Shown: positions 19,643 through 28,764, numbered from the stretch's first letter. The stretch is DNA of 64,000 nt from Anaerolineae bacterium (GCA_041751455.1 JBGSXK010000217.1:69526-133525), one strand, 5' to 3'. A program made the numbers and translations. Notes: generated from the letters alone by a model not told the origin.

Positions 19643-20177
19643 GCGCGGGCGCTTTCAGGCGATCCAGATATAGGCTGCGGAACTTCCGCACTTTGGGCTG
19701 CACTATCATCCGGCAGTAAGGCTGATTCGGGTTGTTAGCAAAGTATTCCTGATGATAATCCTCCGCCGGGTAAAACACATCCAACGGTACGATTTCGGTC
19801 ACAATCGGGTTATCCCACAGTTGCGCAGCGGCTTTGATAGCTTCCTGCGCGGTCTGCTGCTGCGCCGGGCTGTGATACATAATCGTTGAGCGGTATTGTG
19901 TGCCGAAATCTGGCCCCTGCTGGTTGAGTGTAGTCGGGTCATGCACCGTGAAAAACACATCCAGAATATCCCCGTAGCTCACGATTTCGTTATCAAATGT
20001 GATCTGCACCACCTCGGCATGACCAGTGTCCCCGTTGCAGATCTGCTTATAGCTCGGGTTGGGCACATGACCGCCTGCGTAACCGGATACGACCTCCTCC
20101 ACGCCCTTCAGTTCATCATAGACGGCCTCGACACACCAGAAGCATCCTCCGCCTAATGTTGCAATTTCCTTTGCCAT
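19635..20177 (-). CDS. msrA: Peptide-methionine (S)-S-oxide reductase
   Basis: Active-site GGGCFWC, then GYAGG...NPSY..VC.G.TGHAEVVQI. ATG 20177 lies 6 nt after GGAGAG. Confidence 0.9.
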   Translation of the reverse strand: MAKEIATLGGGCFWCVEAVYDELKGVEEVVSGYAGGHVPNPSYKQICNGDTGHAEVVQITFDNEIVSYGDILDVFFTVHDPTTLNQQGPDFGTQYRSTIMYHSPAQQQTAQEAIKAAAQLWDNPIVTEIVPLDVFYPAEDYHQEYFANNPNQPYCRMIVQPKVRKFRSLYLDRLKAPAHG

Positions 20178-20288
20178 GTTGACTCTCCAGACATTCAAAC
20201 TTCTGCTTCATTATAGACGTGCATGATTAACAGACCATTACAGCACTCAGGCTTTTAAGCATTGCGCATTTCAACCTTACCCGTGAGG

Positions 20289-21431
20289 TCAAAAATCAGT
20301 AATCACTGTCCCGATGATCTCTGCTAACTGGCGCATCCCTTGCGACGTGAGATGTACTGGGCTGTCGGTGAACTCATCCGACGCAATGGCATCCCACAGG
20401 TCGAGATAACGCCAGCCATACGTTTCCGCCTGCGCCGCGTATAGGACACGGTAGGCATCATACGCCCAGCGTGGATACCAGAAGTTATAACGCAATTCGC
20501 TGTTTTCTCCGTCTGCAATGAAGATCGGCTCATTGATCAGCAGCAGCGGCACATCCCCAGCACGCTCCAACCCGGCAGCAATGACATCAAACGCAAGTTC
20601 ATTGGTCGTGAGCGATTGCGGTAGTGCATAACTCAGCCAGCTCAGGTCAGCTTCAAAATCATTCGCGCGCGGGGTATAAGCTTCCGGGTAAAACTGGTCA
20701 ATACCTGTCGCTGCCCACATCACCCCATAAAGCTGTAAGCGCAGCCAATCCGCCAACACACGCCGCTGCCCAATAATCGTGCGCTCAAAAAAATCCGGTT
20801 CACTCAGACGTGCGTCCTGTGCATCAAGGTTGAGGCCATAACTTACGATCAGGTTATGCACCTGCGGCACATTCCGCTGCACCAGTGCAGCATCGAGTTG
20901 TCTGCCCCGCTCAAATGATTGTAATGTCATCAGCCACACGATCATGTCCGGCGTATATTGCATAGCATAATCCAGCAGCAGCAGGTCTTTAGTCAGCGAC
21001 AACATCGGATGGCCGACATTGTACGCCCGTACTGTACGCCCATCGTCCAACATGTACGCCATAGCGTTAATCTGCCCGGCCAGCGTGTCCTCCGGGCGCA
21101 GCAGTACACCCCACGTGGCAGAGTCACCGATAAGTAGTACCCGAAATTCATCGGCAGCTTTCGGCTGGCTGATCTCGTGGGTAGCGAACATGGCTTCGAG
21201 GCTGTCCACGCTTAGATTATAGGCCGCTGGATGTTCGCCATAGGGCAGCCGTGCCCGCCCCGGCAGCAGGTGATTATGCAGCGTTAGCCTGCCGATCAAT
21301 GGCATTGGCTCCAGCAGCGCATGGGCCACGTTCAGCAGCACGAACAGCAGCCCTGCCTTGACGACGACCCGCGCCACGAAACGCCAGTTATAGGCCGCGA
21401 TGCCTTCAGTCAGCCATCCCCAGCTACTCAT
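20289..21431 (-). CDS. Membrane-anchored SGNH-fold protein, DltD-like partner of the MBOAT
   Basis: One N-terminal TM helix (FVARVVVKAGLLFVLLNVAHALL). SGNH block I LLIGDSATWG and block V-like DSPVHLTSQG. The ATG shares its A with the MBOAT TGA (TGATG), indicating translational coupling. Confidence 0.65.
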   Translation of the reverse strand: MSSWGWLTEGIAAYNWRFVARVVVKAGLLFVLLNVAHALLEPMPLIGRLTLHNHLLPGRARLPYGEHPAAYNLSVDSLEAMFATHEISQPKAADEFRVLLIGDSATWGVLLRPEDTLAGQINAMAYMLDDGRTVRAYNVGHPMLSLTKDLLLLDYAMQYTPDMIVWLMTLQSFERGRQLDAALVQRNVPQVHNLIVSYGLNLDAQDARLSEPDFFERTIIGQRRVLADWLRLQLYGVMWAATGIDQFYPEAYTPRANDFEADLSWLSYALPQSLTTNELAFDVIAAGLERAGDVPLLLINEPIFIADGENSELRYNFWYPRWAYDAYRVLYAAQAETYGWRYLDLWDAIASDEFTDSPVHLTSQGMRQLAEIIGTVITDF

Positions 21432-22876
21432 CAAGCCAACCCCAGCAGCCGCACAAACACTGACCATGCCAGACCCACATCCGGCAGCGCGAACCACACC
21501 CAGCCCAGTGTCACGAAATGGAACGTCAGCAGCACACCACCCACTGTATACGCGGCCTTCAGGCGTGGACGTTCACCCAGCCCGCGCACCCAGGCGCGGG
21601 TGCGGTCTGCCCACAGCTTATGCCCGAACAGCGCCAGCCCATGCCACATCCCCCACATGAAAAACGCCCAGGTCACGCCATGCCACAGGCCAATCACAAT
21701 CATCGTCGTCAGGTGGCAGATGAGCATGATTACATCATTGGAGGGGCGCTGCCTGCGCCGCAGCAGTGAACGAGACAGCGGCGAAAAAATATAGAAGCGC
21801 ACCCACTGTGTCAGGGTCATGTGCCAGCTTTGCCAGAAGGCGGTGATATTGGGCTTCAGGTAGGGTCGGTCGAAGTTCTCCGGCAGGCGGATTCCCAGCA
21901 GGATGCCAATGCCAATGGCAATATCGGTATAACCGCTGAAGTCGAAAAACAGGCGAAAGGCATAAGCATACAACAGCACCCATAACGCCAGCACCGATTC
22001 GCTCTGTTCCGCCTTTGTCGCGTCCAGCGCGATCAGCGCCAGTGAATCAGCGATCACAAATTTCTTGCATAGCCCCACGACAATACGCCCCGCCCCTTCT
22101 GTGATGCGTGCCGCGTCCAGCCCGTGCAGTTTTGGCAGCGCCACATCATCGACGATAAAACGTCCGGCGCGGTCAATCGGCCCGGCAGTATAGGCCGGGA
22201 AGAAGATCACATAAGTCAGGTATTCACGCAGGTTAAGCGCGGGCAGGATACCAGTCTGATGATCGCGCAGGGTGTGAATCAGCCGAAAGGCGACATACGA
22301 AAAACCCAGCCAGCCAATATCCACGATACTGGCGAGGCTTGTATCCTGCCCCACCCCGGCGCGCAGTATTGAACTTATCCCCTGCGCCAGCGGTTCGGTC
22401 TTGATGACTACAAACAGCAGCACCAGGGCGATGATGCCCACCTGATTCCAGCGTGGCCAATCACGCCAGCGGCGCGTGACCAGCAGCGTGAGCGCGGCAA
22501 TTAAAATCAGCACCAGAATCACGGTCGTGATTTCCGGCGGGCGTGAAGGCGTGAGTCGGACTTCCGGCGCGAGATAACGATTAGCCGCCAGCGCCAATAC
22601 CAGCCCGATTACCACCCCTGACGTAAGACGATCTTCACGTCCCAGGTAAGGCTCATGTCCTTCCGGTTGGCGAACGATCAGCCAGCACAACAGGGTAATA
22701 ATAAGTGTCAGCGTCGGCAGCCAGAAATCGAGGAAACGGATATTCAGGGTAGGTTGCAGCCAGTAAATGGCGATCACGCTGGCAATCATCAAAGCCCAAC
22801 CGCGCCAGCGCGGCGGGCAGAAGGCCGCGTACAGCAGTGCGCCAACGCAAAAAATGCCAATGTCGAGCAGCGTCAC
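21431..22876 (-). CDS. MBOAT-family membrane O-acyltransferase (DltB/AlgI-like)
   Basis: Polytopic protein with the signature FWQSWHMTLTQWVRFYIF carrying the invariant His, followed by GLWHG. GTG start. Confidence 0.9.
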   Translation of the reverse strand: MTLLDIGIFCVGALLYAAFCPPRWRGWALMIASVIAIYWLQPTLNIRFLDFWLPTLTLIITLLCWLIVRQPEGHEPYLGREDRLTSGVVIGLVLALAANRYLAPEVRLTPSRPPEITTVILVLILIAALTLLVTRRWRDWPRWNQVGIIALVLLFVVIKTEPLAQGISSILRAGVGQDTSLASIVDIGWLGFSYVAFRLIHTLRDHQTGILPALNLREYLTYVIFFPAYTAGPIDRAGRFIVDDVALPKLHGLDAARITEGAGRIVVGLCKKFVIADSLALIALDATKAEQSESVLALWVLLYAYAFRLFFDFSGYTDIAIGIGILLGIRLPENFDRPYLKPNITAFWQSWHMTLTQWVRFYIFSPLSRSLLRRRQRPSNDVIMLICHLTTMIVIGLWHGVTWAFFMWGMWHGLALFGHKLWADRTRAWVRGLGERPRLKAAYTVGGVLLTFHFVTLGWVWFALPDVGLAWSVFVRLLGLA

Positions 22877-22880
22877 TGGC

Positions 22881-23000
22881 CTAGAATCCCTGATAAATCC
22901 AGGTGGGAACGCTGTCTGTCGTGAGGATAATGAGCAGAATCACGATCAGGCACAACCCCACCGCAAACAGGTTTTCACGCGAAAAAATGCGGCGCACCAC
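22881..23000 (-). CDS. 39-aa single-pass micro-protein with C-terminal WIYQGF, DltX-like (not in ORF track)
   Basis: Hand translation gives MVRRIFSRENLFAVGLCLIVILLIILTTDSVPTWIYQGF*. The GTG sits directly after the lipoprotein TGA, with GAGG 8 nt upstream. The TAG lies 4 nt before the MBOAT GTG. The C-terminal [FW]-I-Y-x-x-F matches the conserved DltX tail as I remember it. Confidence 0.6.
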   Translation of the reverse strand: MVRRIFSRENLFAVGLCLIVILLIILTTDSVPTWIYQGF

Positions 23001-23393
23001 TCACCCCGCCTCGCCGCACCATTTCCACTCACCATCTTCCTGCACGACGCGATAACTCGTCAGCGGGAAGGTGGTTGCCTCGCCGCCGTAATCCGCCACG
23101 ATCTGCCCGGTGCACGTCACCGTACTCTGCCCCTCATTCACCCTACAGGCCATATCTTCAATCTCGACTCCGGTCACACTGGCGAAGGCATTCGCCTCGC
23201 GGTTCAGGCTGGCCTCCATCTCGCTGCATAGCAGCCCCCGTAATGTGTCTGCGTCCCCGGTGATTTTCGCCTGCAGGTAATCTTCTACCACCCGCGCCAC
23301 ACGTTCATCCCCGCTTTGTGTATTACCTCCCGCGTCTGTCGCACAGGCAGCCACTACCAGCAGCACGGGCAGCACCCACAATAACCTAGACAT
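23001..23393 (-). CDS. Small lipoprotein (NTF2-like/DUF4878-like)
   Basis: Signal peptide with lipobox LVVAAC. No catalytic motifs. Confidence 0.6.
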   Translation of the reverse strand: MSRLLWVLPVLLVVAACATDAGGNTQSGDERVARVVEDYLQAKITGDADTLRGLLCSEMEASLNREANAFASVTGVEIEDMACRVNEGQSTVTCTGQIVADYGGEATTFPLTSYRVVQEDGEWKWCGEAG

Positions 23394-23456
23394 GTACTCC
23401 TCCTGTTGTGTTGCAGCATGTAGAGGCAGGTTTAAAACCCGCCTTTATGAGTCTAC

Positions 23457-24596
23457 TCAACCCATCTCCAGCACCCGCCGAAGCTCATCCAGCATTCGGA
23501 TGGCCAGCAGGTTTTGCAGTGTCGTGCCGTAAAACGCCTCGTTGCCTTTGGTGAATTTGATATAATTCCAGCCGCTGTTTTTCATATGCACCCGATCCTG
23601 CTCCAGACCGTAAGCAGGCAGGATGCGCGTGGCCGCCCACAGGTTAATCAACGGGACTTCATATTCGGCGGCGATATCACGCAGGCGCAGGTTGAAGTTG
23701 ATCGACTGCCACCACAGCGGCGCGTCCGGGTCACTGCTGAAAGTGGACAGCACCGGGATCACCCCCGCCGCCAGCGACTCCTCCACCAGTTGCCGTATCT
23801 GTAGATCAAAATCAGCATCGGTCATATGCCGTACATCATTCCCGCCAAAGAAGATCACGGCGATGCTCGGCTTTTTCAGGCGATACTCGCAGCCCAGCGG
23901 CGACTCATTAGGACGGCATATCTCTTTATCCGCCCACAGCGGGTCAAACACCACATAAGTAGTCATGCCCACGCGCGCGGCTACACTGTCCTGCACCAGC
24001 GAAGGGCCAAAAAAATCAATCGTCTCCGCCAGATAATCATATGCGCCCAGTTCATAATTCCCCAGGCGCATCGGCGTGAGATACTGCTCATTGGCTGCCA
24101 CGCTGTCACCCACTTTGGTGATCACGTCGCTCAGGTTGCCCAGCCACTGCCCCCGCACATAGACAGCGCGCATGGCCTCGCTCACTTCGGGGATCACGGG
24201 CACCTCATATAATTCGGCCACGGTGAGATAACGCTGCTTGATGCGGTCTGTCTCTGGCACTTCGGTGTTGATCGGGATTTCGCTGAAGCGCAGACGTTCA
24301 TCCAGTGTCAGATAGCCGCTCAGCACCCAGCCATCAGCCAGCACCCGCCCATCCTCTCGCGTCTGCTGGATGCGCACCCAGTTACCGATTTTGTTGCGCT
24401 CGATGATCTTCACCTCCACCCCAGCAGGCAGTGAGGTAAGTTCGCGGTGGCTGTCGCTTGGCCCGGCAAAGACAAAAACTGCCTGATAAGGTGTGGCAAT
24501 GCTGGGATCGGTGGCCTGCTCTGGCGGCTGTGCCGCTGTGAGGTGAGTAAGGAAAAATAACAGGGTCAGAATAAGTGCAGTGAGTGATCGGGACAT
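23457..24596 (-). CDS. Secreted SH3b-domain / SGNH (GDSL) hydrolase-family protein, paralog 2
   Basis: Signal peptide MSRSLTALILTLLFFL. SH3b-like block VKIIERNKIGNWVRIQ...GWVLSGYL. SGNH blocks are KVGDSVA, FFGGNDV and QDRVHM. It is collinear with 14654-15775, including the shared CEYRL and GV(L/I)PVLST motifs. Longer starts at 24626 and 24647 are possible. Confidence 0.8.
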   Translation of the reverse strand: MSRSLTALILTLLFFLTHLTAAQPPEQATDPSIATPYQAVFVFAGPSDSHRELTSLPAGVEVKIIERNKIGNWVRIQQTREDGRVLADGWVLSGYLTLDERLRFSEIPINTEVPETDRIKQRYLTVAELYEVPVIPEVSEAMRAVYVRGQWLGNLSDVITKVGDSVAANEQYLTPMRLGNYELGAYDYLAETIDFFGPSLVQDSVAARVGMTTYVVFDPLWADKEICRPNESPLGCEYRLKKPSIAVIFFGGNDVRHMTDADFDLQIRQLVEESLAAGVIPVLSTFSSDPDAPLWWQSINFNLRLRDIAAEYEVPLINLWAATRILPAYGLEQDRVHMKNSGWNYIKFTKGNEAFYGTTLQNLLAIRMLDELRRVLEMG

Positions 24597-24679
24597 AACG
24601 CTTTCTGGGTTAGCTTCATCGGTCATCCGCGCATAATGGTACTGCATCAGTGGCGGATTGGGCTAGCGAAAGCGCCCTT

Positions 24680-27600
24680 CTAGTGACGGCGACCCGTCAC
24701 AGGGACACGAATAGCGATGCGGGTGCCCTCTCCCAACGCGCTCTCAATACTCAGTGTGCCGTTCAACCGCGCCGCCCGTTCCCGCATCGACTGTAGGCCG
24801 AGATGACCGGGAAATGTGCCCGAAGTATCAAACCCGATGCCGTTATCGGCCACTTCCAGTTGGATACCTTCAGGGACACTCTTCATGCACAGCTTGATAT
24901 GGGTGGCCTGAGCATGCTTGACGGTGTTATGCAGCGCCTCACGTGCGATGCGATACAGCATCTCCTTGACCGCCAGCGGCAGCGTTGGTTCTTCGCCCAT
25001 TTCAATCTCAGCCTGAATACCATGTCGTGCCTGAAGCGAAGCAGCCTGTTTCGTCAGTGCTGTGACCAACCCTTCATTTTCCAGCGACTCTGGCCGCAGG
25101 TCGAAGATCAGTGCCCGCATCTCGGTCAGGCCAGCCTCGGCCAGCGACAGCACGTAATCCAGCGGTTCGCTCAGCCGTGAAGGGTCGCGTTCCAGCAGTG
25201 CGCGGGCGGTGCGTGCCCCCAGTGCGATGCCATAAATCGCCTGGGAAACTGAGTCATGCAGTTCGCGTGCCAGCCGGTTGCGTTCTTCCAGCGCGGCCAG
25301 TTCCTGTGCCTGACGGTAGAGGCGCGCATTCTGCACCGCCACAGCGATGAGGTCTGCCAGCACGGACATCACACGAACATCCGCCTCGCTGAAATGATCG
25401 GCCTCCGGCGACTGCACATCCAGCACCCCGATCAACTGGTCACCCGCCACCATCGGCACCGCCATCTCAGATTGAGCGTTGGGCAAAATAGGCCGCAGCC
25501 GGAAGCCCTGCGGGTTAGTGATGTCGTTGACGATAATGCCCTGCCGGGTGCGTCCTGCCCGCGCCACCAGCGACGACTCGCTGTTGAGCGAGATCACCTG
25601 CGGTTGCGGCTGGCCCGTAGAGGGTGAGCCAGTAGCCTTGACCAGCCGTTCCTCCTCCAGCAGGTAAATAAAGAGGTGATGCTGCTTAAAACTGATCGAG
25701 GTCAGGTAGGTCACAGTATCCAGCAGTTCGCTCTCATTGAGGATAGTTGCGGCGGCAGCACTCACTTTGGCGACAGTTTCCAGCTCACGGGCGCGCTGTT
25801 CGGTTTCGCGTCGGGCTTCTTCTTCGGCCAGGTAAGCGCGGCGGCTGCTCACCACCGAGGCCACTGTCGGGCGAATTGCCTTCAGCAAAATCCGTAATTC
25901 ATCACTGTAACTCTGCGGCTGGTTCCAGGCAAAGGTCAGCACCCCCTGCCATTGATCGACAGTTTTGAGCGGCACGACCACCACAGCAACCCAGCCGACG
26001 GTCTTCAGAAATTCCTGATTTTGCCGCCCTGCGATGCGCTCATCAGTCTGCACATTCTCGACGAAAACCGGTGCGTCTGGGTGGGCATAAGCCAGTTGCA
26101 AAACGGGATAATCAGAGACCGGAAACGAGATGATCGGCAGGAAATTTAACGGCAGCGGCATCCGTCCATCACCAGAGCGCAGCGCCACAATATTGACTTT
26201 TTCGGTGTCATCATCCGTATACGAAAGAATCGATAGCGCCGCACCATACTGCTCCATCAGGTTGGCAATCGGCTCTAAAATCTCCTGTTCATCCGCCGCC
26301 TGCGAAAGCGCCGCGTTCACCCGCGCCAGCATTTCGGCCTGCCGCCGTTCCTGTTCGGTCTCTGCTTGCAGGCGGATACGCTCAAATGCCGCCAGCACCA
26401 GGTCACCAATACCTACCGTCAGACGGCGGTCACGGACAGTGTACCTGCGTGGGCTGTTGCTGTGGAAGGTTAACCCCCCCATCCAGCGATTATTGCTCCA
26501 CAGCGGTGTCCCGATCAGCGCGCGAGTCGAAATGCGTGTCCAGGTGGCGGCAGTGGTCGCGTCTACTCGTGGGTCATCCAGAATATCCTCAATCACCCAT
26601 AGCCCTTCACTCCCCATCACCTCCGTGATGGGAAAGACCGCTTTGGGGAAGCGCCGTTCCCGCAGCGAAAGTGGCTGGCCATCTGCTCCAATGGCCGCGA
26701 TCACATTCAGGTAATCGGCAGCTTCATAATCGTGATGATCCCATATGGTCAGGAATACCGCCTGCGAACCGGTATCCAGCCGTGCCACCGCCTGTAACAC
26801 TTCTTCATAACTCATCGCGGCATTCACCGCCTGGCTCATCTTATACAGAAATTCGCTCTCCTGGCGGGCTTCTTCCTCAGCCAGGTAGGCGCGGCGGGTG
26901 GCCATGACCGACGGCAGGGTTTGCAGCAGGGTCGAGTAAATATATTTTTCGTTGTCCGAAAACACGTGCGGCCTAAACCACAGGATAGACAGGATGCCCA
27001 GGTAATGCCCCCCACGATGCAGCGGCAGCGCCGCCAGCGCACGGGTGCGCATATTGGCCAGCATCTTTTCGCGTTGTTGGTTGTCCAGGCGTTCCTCAAG
27101 GGCCATGTCTTCAATCAGCAGCACTTCATCCGGCTGGTCATACCACAACGCCGCGTATCCATATTCCGCTGGGGACAAAATCCGGTGTCTGGCCGGGTCA
27201 TAGAGTTCGGCCTTACCATCCTGCCACACAGCGACAGTGTAAGATCTGATAGGGCGCTCCCGCTCATCCACATCAAAGTAATTCAGCGTCATGCCATCTG
27301 CGCCCTGCCCTGCGGCATACAGCGCGATAGCCGACAGAATCTCCGACTCGTTAGCCGCCCTGGAAAGCGCAGTGTTAATCTTCAGCAGATACTCGGCTCG
27401 CGCGGCGCGCTCACGATTTTGCTCAAACAGACGCATGGATTCAATCACGGGTGCGGCCTGCTGGATAAGCGCGGTATACATTCGGTAATCGCGCGGGGTA
27501 AACTCGTAAGGCACATTCCAGCTAAAGATAATCAGGCCGACCCAGCGCCCCCGATTATTAAGCGGCAAAATGGCGATGCTCAGGCGCTCAAACTCAACAA

Positions 27601-28516
27601 AATCCTGTCGTACTCCCACATGAAAGCGTTCATCCTGGTGGACATTCGTCTCCAGGATCGGCTGGTTGGGCTGTGCCAGCCACATCGACGAGATGTTATC
27701 CATGCCATAACCATACAGCTTATCGCCAATGCCCTGCCGTTTACCATCCGGCATCGTCCATTCGGCCACCCGCTCCCCCACTAAGGGGTCTTCCTCGGTG
27801 TAGCTGCCATTGAGGAATATCAGCGAACCATAAACTGCCCCCTTGGAGCGCGCATAATCACTCACCGCTTCCAGGATTTCAACAGGTTCTGTCGCCCGTG
27901 TCAGCCGGTTAGAGGCAGCATACAGGATGTCGGTTTCCTGCTTGGCGCGCTCAACTTCCAGTGCGCGCCGCTGGGTCTGCTCGAACAGCCGGATGGAGTC
28001 GATCACTGGCGCGGCCTGCTGGATGAGCGCGGTATAAATCCGCCGGTCGCGCTCATCAAATTCATGAGGCTCACCCCAGTTAAAACCCAGTATGCCGACA
28101 AAACGCCCCTTCACCGTCAGCGGGAGGATTACCGTGGCGCGTATACCATGGCGCAGCAGGCGTTCACGCCCCAGCGGTGGTATGACTTCATCATTCATGT
28201 TATCGTGAACAAAAATCGGCTGATCCAGATGTTCCATCCAGCGGAATTGCTCAGTCACCGTGCTGCGTGTGCCAAGGCGTGCAGACAAACCCTCTGCCAC
28301 CCACTCCGCCACCACTTTCTGCGATTCTGGCTGTCCCTGCTCGTTATTATCCACATACAGCAGCACACCGGAGGTCGCTCCGTTGGCACGGGCGTAATCA
28401 CTTACGGCTTCAAGCTGTTCTGCCGGGTTGGCGGCTTGTGTCAGCTTATTTAACGCGCTGTAAAGAATATCAATCTCGTCTTTCAGAATGCCTGGCTTGC
28501 CCATATTTTTCAGCAT
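24680..28516 (-). CDS. Multi-GAF sensor histidine kinase (HisKA_3 / NarL-partner type)
   Basis: About six tandem GAF-like modules, then H-box ERNRLARELHDSVSQ and HATPase motifs HNTVKHA, DNGIGF and GLQSMRERA. Confidence 0.9.
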   Translation of the reverse strand: MLKNMGKPGILKDEIDILYSALNKLTQAANPAEQLEAVSDYARANGATSGVLLYVDNNEQGQPESQKVVAEWVAEGLSARLGTRSTVTEQFRWMEHLDQPIFVHDNMNDEVIPPLGRERLLRHGIRATVILPLTVKGRFVGILGFNWGEPHEFDERDRRIYTALIQQAAPVIDSIRLFEQTQRRALEVERAKQETDILYAASNRLTRATEPVEILEAVSDYARSKGAVYGSLIFLNGSYTEEDPLVGERVAEWTMPDGKRQGIGDKLYGYGMDNISSMWLAQPNQPILETNVHQDERFHVGVRQDFVEFERLSIAILPLNNRGRWVGLIIFSWNVPYEFTPRDYRMYTALIQQAAPVIESMRLFEQNRERAARAEYLLKINTALSRAANESEILSAIALYAAGQGADGMTLNYFDVDERERPIRSYTVAVWQDGKAELYDPARHRILSPAEYGYAALWYDQPDEVLLIEDMALEERLDNQQREKMLANMRTRALAALPLHRGGHYLGILSILWFRPHVFSDNEKYIYSTLLQTLPSVMATRRAYLAEEEARQESEFLYKMSQAVNAAMSYEEVLQAVARLDTGSQAVFLTIWDHHDYEAADYLNVIAAIGADGQPLSLRERRFPKAVFPITEVMGSEGLWVIEDILDDPRVDATTAATWTRISTRALIGTPLWSNNRWMGGLTFHSNSPRRYTVRDRRLTVGIGDLVLAAFERIRLQAETEQERRQAEMLARVNAALSQAADEQEILEPIANLMEQYGAALSILSYTDDDTEKVNIVALRSGDGRMPLPLNFLPIISFPVSDYPVLQLAYAHPDAPVFVENVQTDERIAGRQNQEFLKTVGWVAVVVVPLKTVDQWQGVLTFAWNQPQSYSDELRILLKAIRPTVASVVSSRRAYLAEEEARRETEQRARELETVAKVSAAAATILNESELLDTVTYLTSISFKQHHLFIYLLEEERLVKATGSPSTGQPQPQVISLNSESSLVARAGRTRQGIIVNDITNPQGFRLRPILPNAQSEMAVPMVAGDQLIGVLDVQSPEADHFSEADVRVMSVLADLIAVAVQNARLYRQAQELAALEERNRLARELHDSVSQAIYGIALGARTARALLERDPSRLSEPLDYVLSLAEAGLTEMRALIFDLRPESLENEGLVTALTKQAASLQARHGIQAEIEMGEEPTLPLAVKEMLYRIAREALHNTVKHAQATHIKLCMKSVPEGIQLEVADNGIGFDTSGTFPGHLGLQSMRERAARLNGTLSIESALGEGTRIAIRVPVTGRRH

Positions 28517-28731
28517 GACGATAAACTCGCTAAGGGTGTTTTCTGCTTGTGCTAACTATAGCGCCTATTAACATAAATCATAGTACATGGTACTTATATC
28601 CGCCAAAAGGCGTAGAGGGATATCGGCTGGCTGGGGGAGTACATGGCGCAGCAGATAGGGCATACTATAAATCATGAAATTGGGATTACAGGGATTGACT
28701 TCCCTTTAAAGCAGTACCACATATCTATCTG

Positions 28732-28764
28732 GAAAACGCGCCCCGCACTTTGCAGGGCGCTTTT
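28732..28764 (-). terminator. Intrinsic terminator downstream of 28851-29423 (bidirectional shape)
   Basis: GCGCCC (28738-28743) pairs with GGGCGC (28755-28760). It is flanked by AAAAC on one side and TTTTC on the other. A second hairpin, CCTCGCA/TGCGAGG, lies at 28803-28829. Confidence 0.65.
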
